This document shows, piece after piece, positions 58,299-64,000 of a DNA stretch of 64,000 nt; within the stretch, counting starts at the first letter, position 1; every line of letters starts with the position of its first letter. Source of the stretch: Tenacibaculum sp. (GTDB taxonomy: Bacteria; Bacteroidota; Bacteroidia; Flavobacteriales; Flavobacteriaceae); assembly GCA_022448525.1 (NCBI GenBank), contig JAKVCX010000007.1, positions 11,035 to 75,034 of the forward strand, read 5' to 3'. Both the position numbers and the translations under genes were made by a program. A model generated the notes under the pieces. The model saw nothing but the letters and a program-made list of their open reading frames with translations, made no database searches and had not been told where the DNA came from.

Positions 58299-59261
58299 TT
58301 AATAACCAATATGAAACAAAGCATCTCCTAAGTTTACTACCGGAAAATTGTTTTTAGCAATTATGTATCCATCTTTTGGAGCTTTCACAGGAAATTTAGT
58401 TTCACCGTAAGTATCCATAATAAAACCAAGAATTTCTCCTTTAGAAATAGCCGCACCGTTTTCAACTTTGGTATTAAATATGCCTGCGGCTTTTGCTCGA
58501 ATCCAGCTTCTTTTTGCAATGGTAATTACTGAGTTGTTTTGAGGAATTTCAATTGATTCACTAATCATGTTAAAATGCCTAAGAATACGTAATGTTCCGT
58601 AAATCCCTTCTTGAATAGCATGTTCGTCAAGTCTTAGTGATTCTCCACCTTCATAAACAATTACTGGTATGTTATGTTTGAAACATTCATTTCTGAATGA
58701 CTTGGGAATAGCTTTAGAAGGAAAAATGAAGGGAGCGTTAAATAATCCTGCTAGATTTTTTCCTCTTTCATCTTGTGGTGTAAATCGAATTTGAGGAAAG
58801 TTACTACGTTGCGCTCCTCCAGTATGAAAATCAATGGCGAAATCAACATTCTTTGTAATTTCTTTCATTAAATAATAAGCAAGTCGGCTTGCTAAAGAAC
58901 CTTTTCTAGAGCCTGGAAAACTTCGGTTTACATCTTTTCCATGTAATTCACGAGAAAAACTTAGAAAGCCAAAGATGTTTAAAAGCGGTACCACAATTAC
59001 ACAACCTCTATGAATTTTATACGATTTGTCTATCAACATTCTACGAACTAATTCAATACTATTGGTTTCGTCACCATGCAAACCTCCTTGTAATAAAATA
59101 GTCGGACCTAATTCTTTTCCATTAAAAACATATACCGGAATTTCAATTACAGTTCCAGTAGGTAATCTATCAACAGGAATTTTAATGAGTTTCGATTCAC
59201 CCAAGCCAATTTTCTCTCCACGTATGCTTATCTCTTCGTTCTTGAATTCTTTGTCGAACAT
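58299..59261 (-). CDS. Succinylglutamate desuccinylase/aspartoacylase family protein
   Basis: GGLHGDE, DVNRSFPG, IDFHTGG, YEGGE. Confidence 0.92.
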   Translation of the reverse strand: MFDKEFKNEEISIRGEKIGLGESKLIKIPVDRLPTGTVIEIPVYVFNGKELGPTILLQGGLHGDETNSIELVRRMLIDKSYKIHRGCVIVVPLLNIFGFLSFSRELHGKDVNRSFPGSRKGSLASRLAYYLMKEITKNVDFAIDFHTGGAQRSNFPQIRFTPQDERGKNLAGLFNAPFIFPSKAIPKSFRNECFKHNIPVIVYEGGESLRLDEHAIQEGIYGTLRILRHFNMISESIEIPQNNSVITIAKRSWIRAKAAGIFNTKVENGAAISKGEILGFIMDTYGETKFPVKAPKDGYIIAKNNFPVVNLGDALFHIGY

Positions 59262-60130
59262 TTCTTTTCTAAATATTTAATAATTCCTTCTGCTACATTC
59301 ACTCTTGTATAAGCTTCAACACCTTGCAACCCTGGCGTAGAATTTACTTCAATTAATAATGGACCTCTTTTCGATCTAATTAAATCAACTCCAGCTATTG
59401 GTAACCCCAAATAGTTAGCCGCTTTAATTGCCATAGTTTTTTCTTGATTCGTCAGTTGAACTTTTGAGCCTGAACCACCTCTGTGAATATTAGATCTAAA
59501 ATCGTCGTCTAATCCTTTTCTCTTCATTGCAGAAATTACTTTGTCTCCAGCTACAATTACTCTGATATCTTCACTATTACTTTCTTTCACAAATTCTTGA
59601 AGTAAAATGTGCATGTTCATTCGGTAGAATGTATCTATAATGGATTTTGCTGATTTTTTACTTTCCGCTAACATTACACCCATTCCTTGAGTTCCTTCTT
59701 GCATTTTTATAATAACCGGGGCACCACCTAATAATTCAATTTGTTCTTTAATATTTTCTGGGTTTACTGAAAATAAAGTATCAGGAATCGGAATTCCTTT
59801 TCTATTCATAATTTGTAGCGTACGAACTTTGTTCTGTGCTCTAATAATTCCTAAAGAACGAGCAGAACTAAATACGTCATTCATTTCAAATTCTTTAACA
59901 ACGGCAGCTCCATGTCTAGTTGCTGATGCTCCAATTCTTGGAATAATTATATCAGGTTCATCAATAATATTTTCACCATCATAAATAATTTCCCTTTTTC
60001 CACCACTCAATTTAATAGAACATCTCATGTGATTGATGATACTTACATCATGACCTCTTTTGGCGGCTTCGTCATACAAACGTTTTGTAGAATAAACATG
60101 TTCACCGACGGAAAGAATAAAAATGTTCAT
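59228..60130 (-). CDS. rimK: RimK-family ATP-grasp alpha-L-glutamate ligase
   Basis: IIPRIGAS.T, GTQGMGV, DFRSNIHRGG, GVDLI, IEVNSTPG. Confidence 0.88.
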   Translation of the reverse strand: MNIFILSVGEHVYSTKRLYDEAAKRGHDVSIINHMRCSIKLSGGKREIIYDGENIIDEPDIIIPRIGASATRHGAAVVKEFEMNDVFSSARSLGIIRAQNKVRTLQIMNRKGIPIPDTLFSVNPENIKEQIELLGGAPVIIKMQEGTQGMGVMLAESKKSAKSIIDTFYRMNMHILLQEFVKESNSEDIRVIVAGDKVISAMKRKGLDDDFRSNIHRGGSGSKVQLTNQEKTMAIKAANYLGLPIAGVDLIRSKRGPLLIEVNSTPGLQGVEAYTRVNVAEGIIKYLEKKCSTKNSRTKR

Positions 60131-60305
60131 ATGGCTTTTTTTACAAATCTAGTTAAAATATAAAACGGAATATATTGGTTAAATATAATTATTAAAATAC
60201 AAGTAAAGCTTGAAACTTTAACACTTTAGAATACCCGTGATTACTAAAAAAGTAGCATCAGGTGAAAACTATTTTTTATTTTTGAGACTACTTAAACCAA
60301 ACCAA

Positions 60306-63137
60306 ATGAAAAAAACACTTTCCTTTTTATTGCTTTTAGGAGCTACAGTTTATGGTCAACAAAACGCAACTTCTTCTGAAGTAGTGAAAGACGCTTTGAC
60401 AAAGAAGCGAACTATAACTAAAAATTCGCTAGTTAAAAATATTCCGTTTACAAACATTGGTCCTACAATTATGAGTGGAAGAGTGGTTGATATTGATGTG
60501 AATCCACAAAACACAAATGAATTTTATGTTGGTTATGCATCTGGTGGATTATGGCACACAAAAAATAACGGGAATACGTTTACGCCGGTTATGGATAATA
60601 CCGATACTCAAAACATTGGTGATATTGCGGTTGATTGGAAAAGTAACACAATTTGGGTTGGAACTGGAGAAAACAATTCTTCGAGATCATCGTATGCTGG
60701 AATTGGAATTTTGAAATCAACTGATGGAGGAGAAAATTGGGAAAATGTTGGTTTGTTCGATTCTCATCATATTGGTAGATTATTGATAAACCCGAATAAT
60801 CCTGATGAAGTTGTTGTTGGTGTTTTAGGTCATTTATATTCTTCAAACAATGAAAGAGGAATTTATAAAACTACAGATGGAGGAAAAACATGGAAAAGAA
60901 CTTTATTCATAAATGATGACACGGGAATTATAGATGTGCAACACGCACCAAATAATTTTAATGTACTGTATGCGGCTTCTTGGGAAAGGGAACGTAAAGC
61001 ATGGAACTTTGAAGGAAATGGGAAAAACTCAGCAATTTATAAATCTGAAGACGGTGGAAATTCGTGGAAGAAAATTTCTGAGAACAATGGATTTCCAAAT
61101 GGAGATGGTGTTGGTAGAATTGGATTAGCGGTTTATGATGAAAATACCGTATATGCTTCACATGATAGTCAGTTTAGAAGAAAGAAAGAAGAGAAGAAAA
61201 AGTCATCTACGAATGCATTAACGAAAGAAGATTTCAAAACAATGTCTGTAGAATCGTTTTTAGCGTTATCAGATAAAAAATTGAATTCTTATTTGAAGAT
61301 GAATGGTTTTCAAGAAAAGTATCGTGCTGAAAATGTAAAGCAAATGGTGCGTGCAGGTTCAGTAAAACCTATTGATTTGGCTAAGTATTTGGAAGATGCA
61401 AACTCATTATTGTTTGATACTCCTGTTGTAGGAGCTGAGGTTTTTAAAACTGCAAACGGAGGAAAATCTTGGAAAAAAACACACGATGGTTATTTAGATG
61501 ATTTATACTATTCGTACGGATATTATTTTGGAGAAATTAGAGTTGACCCTCAAGATAAAGACGGGATTTATATTTTAGGTGTACCAATTCTAAAATCTAA
61601 AGATGGAGGAAAGACTTTTACATCTATCAGTAGAGAAAATGTACATGCAGATCATCAAGCCTTATGGGTTAATTCTAAAGTTCAAGGTCATTTAATTGAC
61701 GGAAATGATGGCGGTTTAAATGTTTCTTATGATGATGGAAAGAGCTGGTTGAAATTAAATACACCACCAGTTGGACAGTTTTATGCTATTTATGCCGATA
61801 ACCAAAAGTCTTATAACGTTTATGGAGGATTACAAGATAATGGAGTTTGGACTGCGAATAACAACGCAAAAATTAATAAAGCTTGGTTACAGTCAGGAAA
61901 AAACCCATACGAATCTATTATGGGGGGTGATGGAATGCAAGTTCAAGTAGATAATAGAAATCCTGATATCGTTTATACCGGTTATCAGTTTGGGAATTAC
62001 TTCAGAATTGATAGGTCTTCAGGAAGACAAAAGTATATTCAGCCAAAACATGTTTTAGGTGAAAGTCCATATCGTTTCAACTGGCAAACACCAATTCACT
62101 TGTCGGTGCATAATCAAGACATCTTGTACTTAGGAGGGAATAAATTACATCGATCTTTAAATCAGGGAAATGATTGGGAAACAATCTCAGAAGATTTAAC
62201 AAAAGGAGGTAAAAAAGGAAATGTTGCTTACGGAACATTGACATCAATTAGTGAAAGTCCTTTTCAGTTCGGATTAATTTATACAGGTTCGGATGATGGT
62301 TTAGTTCACGTAACTAAAAATGGTGGTGGAAGCTGGGAAGTAATTTCTAATTCATTACCAAAAGATTTATGGGTAAGTAGAGTAATTGCTTCAAAACATA
62401 AGAAAGAACGTGTGTACGTTACGTTAAACGGATACAGATGGGATGATTTTAATTCGTATGTGTATGTTTCAAATGATTACGGTAAAACTTGGGAAAACAT
62501 AGGGAAAACAATACCTGCTTCTCCAGTAAATGTAATTAAAGAAGATCCTGAAAGACATAATATTTTGTATCTCGGAACTGATAATGGATTATATACTTCT
62601 TTTAATGGAGGAAGTTCTTGGGAAATTTTCCACAAGAATTTACCAAATGTTGCAGTTCATGATGTTGTAATTCAACCAGAAGCAAAGGAGTTAATTGTTG
62701 GTACACACGGAAGAAGTTTATACAAAGCAAGTATTACATCTTTACAACAGTTTTCAGATAAGATTGAGAGTAAGCCAAATCATATATTTTCTATTGAAAA
62801 TATTAGAAAAGGAAGATTTTGGGGGAACACATGGAGTAAATGGTTAAAGCCAAACACACCAGAATTAAAAATTCCTTTTTACGCAAATAAAAACGGAAAG
62901 GTTACAATAGATGTTTACAATGATGATATTAAAGTGAACTCGTTAACAGTAAATGCAGAGAGAGGATTTAATGAGGCAATGTTTGATGTTTCATTTAATG
63001 AAAAAGGATTAAAAGAGTTTAAAAAAGAGAAAAAGGCCGTAATTATATCGAAAGCAAAGAATGGAATAACATATTTACCAAAAGGAAAGTATGTTGTCAA
63101 ACTTGCTGGAGAAGAGCAAACGTTTGAAATTAAGTAG
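60306..63137 (+). CDS. VPS10/sortilin-like BNR-repeat protein (glycosyl hydrolase-like)
   Basis: Repeated S/T-x-D-G-G-x-x-W Asp-boxes; GPTIMSGR; ATG at 60306. Confidence 0.88.
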   Translation: MKKTLSFLLLLGATVYGQQNATSSEVVKDALTKKRTITKNSLVKNIPFTNIGPTIMSGRVVDIDVNPQNTNEFYVGYASGGLWHTKNNGNTFTPVMDNTDTQNIGDIAVDWKSNTIWVGTGENNSSRSSYAGIGILKSTDGGENWENVGLFDSHHIGRLLINPNNPDEVVVGVLGHLYSSNNERGIYKTTDGGKTWKRTLFINDDTGIIDVQHAPNNFNVLYAASWERERKAWNFEGNGKNSAIYKSEDGGNSWKKISENNGFPNGDGVGRIGLAVYDENTVYASHDSQFRRKKEEKKKSSTNALTKEDFKTMSVESFLALSDKKLNSYLKMNGFQEKYRAENVKQMVRAGSVKPIDLAKYLEDANSLLFDTPVVGAEVFKTANGGKSWKKTHDGYLDDLYYSYGYYFGEIRVDPQDKDGIYILGVPILKSKDGGKTFTSISRENVHADHQALWVNSKVQGHLIDGNDGGLNVSYDDGKSWLKLNTPPVGQFYAIYADNQKSYNVYGGLQDNGVWTANNNAKINKAWLQSGKNPYESIMGGDGMQVQVDNRNPDIVYTGYQFGNYFRIDRSSGRQKYIQPKHVLGESPYRFNWQTPIHLSVHNQDILYLGGNKLHRSLNQGNDWETISEDLTKGGKKGNVAYGTLTSISESPFQFGLIYTGSDDGLVHVTKNGGGSWEVISNSLPKDLWVSRVIASKHKKERVYVTLNGYRWDDFNSYVYVSNDYGKTWENIGKTIPASPVNVIKEDPERHNILYLGTDNGLYTSFNGGSSWEIFHKNLPNVAVHDVVIQPEAKELIVGTHGRSLYKASITSLQQFSDKIESKPNHIFSIENIRKGRFWGNTWSKWLKPNTPELKIPFYANKNGKVTIDVYNDDIKVNSLTVNAERGFNEAMFDVSFNEKGLKEFKKEKKAVIISKAKNGITYLPKGKYVVKLAGEEQTFEIK

Positions 63138-63142
63138 AGTTA

Positions 63143-63505
63143 ATGGGAATTATTAAAGTGACAGACATCCGATTGTTTACAAATCATGGATGTTTAGATG
63201 AGGAAGCAAGAATTGGTTCAGAGTACAGAGTTGATATTGAAGTAAAAGCAGATTTAATGAAGTCAGCTGAAACTGATGATTTAGACGATACTGTTGACTA
63301 TGTTCATTTGAATAAAATAGCCAAAGAAGAAATGGGAATTCGTTCAAAATTACTTGAAAAAGTAGCAAAACGAATTATCGATAGAATTTTTAATGAAATA
63401 AAAATGGTAGAAGAAGCAACCGTAAGTATCTCAAAACTAAACCCTCCCATTGGTGGAAATGTTGGAGAAGTAACAATTGTATTGTCAAATACACGTAAAA
63501 ATTAA
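63143..63505 (+). CDS. folB: Dihydroneopterin aldolase
   Basis: HGCLDEE..IG..Y.VD, TVDY, SKLLE.VA, SKLNPP. Confidence 0.95.
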   Translation: MGIIKVTDIRLFTNHGCLDEEARIGSEYRVDIEVKADLMKSAETDDLDDTVDYVHLNKIAKEEMGIRSKLLEKVAKRIIDRIFNEIKMVEEATVSISKLNPPIGGNVGEVTIVLSNTRKN

Positions 63506-63512
63506 AAAATAC

Positions 63513-63542
63513 TTGCCGTAAATAAGAAAAGTATTAAATTTG
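63513..63542 (+). promoter_or_regulatory. Bacteroidota housekeeping promoter for tRNA-Cys
   Basis: TTG 63513-63515, 19-nt spacer, TAAATTTG 63535-63542. Confidence 0.8.
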
Positions 63543-63555
63543 CATTCTCACATTA

Positions 63556-63626
63556 GGTGTCGTGGCCGAGTGGCTAGGCAGTGGTCTGCAACACCATCTA
63601 CAGCGGTTCGAATCCGCTCGACACCT
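63556..63626 (+). tRNA. tRNA-Cys (GCA)
   Basis: Acceptor stem GGTGTCG/CGACACC, anticodon loop CTGCAAC, T-loop TTCGAAT; CCA not encoded. Confidence 0.97.
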
Positions 63627-63628
63627 CA

Positions 63629-63660
63629 AAAAAGCTTTTACGAACTGTAAAAGCTTTTTT
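63629..63660 (+). terminator. Intrinsic terminator after the tRNA
   Basis: AAAGCTTTTAC-GAACT-GTAAAAGCTTT plus T-run. Confidence 0.85.
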
Positions 63661-63720
63661 ATTTCCTATTATCAAATTATTAACTTTAAGTTTCGTTAAA
63701 ATTTCAGATATTTGTTTTCT

Positions 63721-64000
63721 ATGCGTATATATCCAATAGAAACAGGTAATTTTAAGCTTGATGGTGGAGCCATGTTTGGCGTAGTCCCAAAGTCTTTATG
63801 GGAAAGGACAAATCCAGCAGATTCCAATAATATGATTGAAATGGGAATGCGTTGCATGCTCATTGAAGATGGAGATCGGTTAACATTAATTGATGCTGGT
63901 ATTGGAAATAAACAATCTGATAAATTCTTTGGTTATTACTATTTATACGGAGATTTTTCATTAGATACTTCTTTAGCTAAATACGGTTTTCATCGTGATG
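63721..64000 (+). CDS. MBL-fold metallo-hydrolase, 3' truncated (absent from ORF track)
   Basis: Manual translation MRIYPIETGNFKLDGGAMFGVVPK...LIDAGIG. Confidence 0.88.
   Translation, partial: MRIYPIETGNFKLDGGAMFGVVPKSLWERTNPADSNNMIEMGMRCMLIEDGDRLTLIDAGIGNKQSDKFFGYYYLYGDFSLDTSLAKYGFHRD

Noticed and set aside
63556-63720. tRNA-Cys as an island integration site
   Set aside because: It is followed directly by its terminator and a housekeeping-type gene; no integrase or duplicated tRNA 3' end in the window.

Overview
AT-rich chromosomal window from a Bacteroidota flavobacterium. T9SS-tailed proteases and TAnnTTTG promoters point to Flavobacteriaceae, probably Tenacibaculum-like (inference). The housekeeping backbone includes the mfd 3' end, dprA, an envC-region operon, an ABC-F ATPase, pepP, a DEAD-box helicase, rimK, folB and tRNA-Cys. 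An accessory zone spans about 30.5-50 kb. The strongest signal is at 31.3-34.8 kb: three minus-strand genes (two lipoproteins and an OLD-family ATPase/TOPRIM nuclease) separated by ~125-bp imperfect palindromes. The 9-10 bp core downstream of each gene is the exact complement of the GTT core upstream of the same gene, which is what excisable integron-like cassettes would leave. The site geometry is non-canonical and no integrase lies in the window. Other notable items: a secreted protein ending in a Hint domain without the C-terminal His-Asn; an in-frame glycerol kinase/G3P dehydrogenase fusion; three module-shuffled T9SS proteases with matching terminators; a 4x180-bp REP-like array next to a 4x41-bp hairpin repeat; a kinase-like hypothetical protein; and a PLD protein with an inserted membrane hairpin. 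All family assignments come from motif recognition by eye; no database searches were run.
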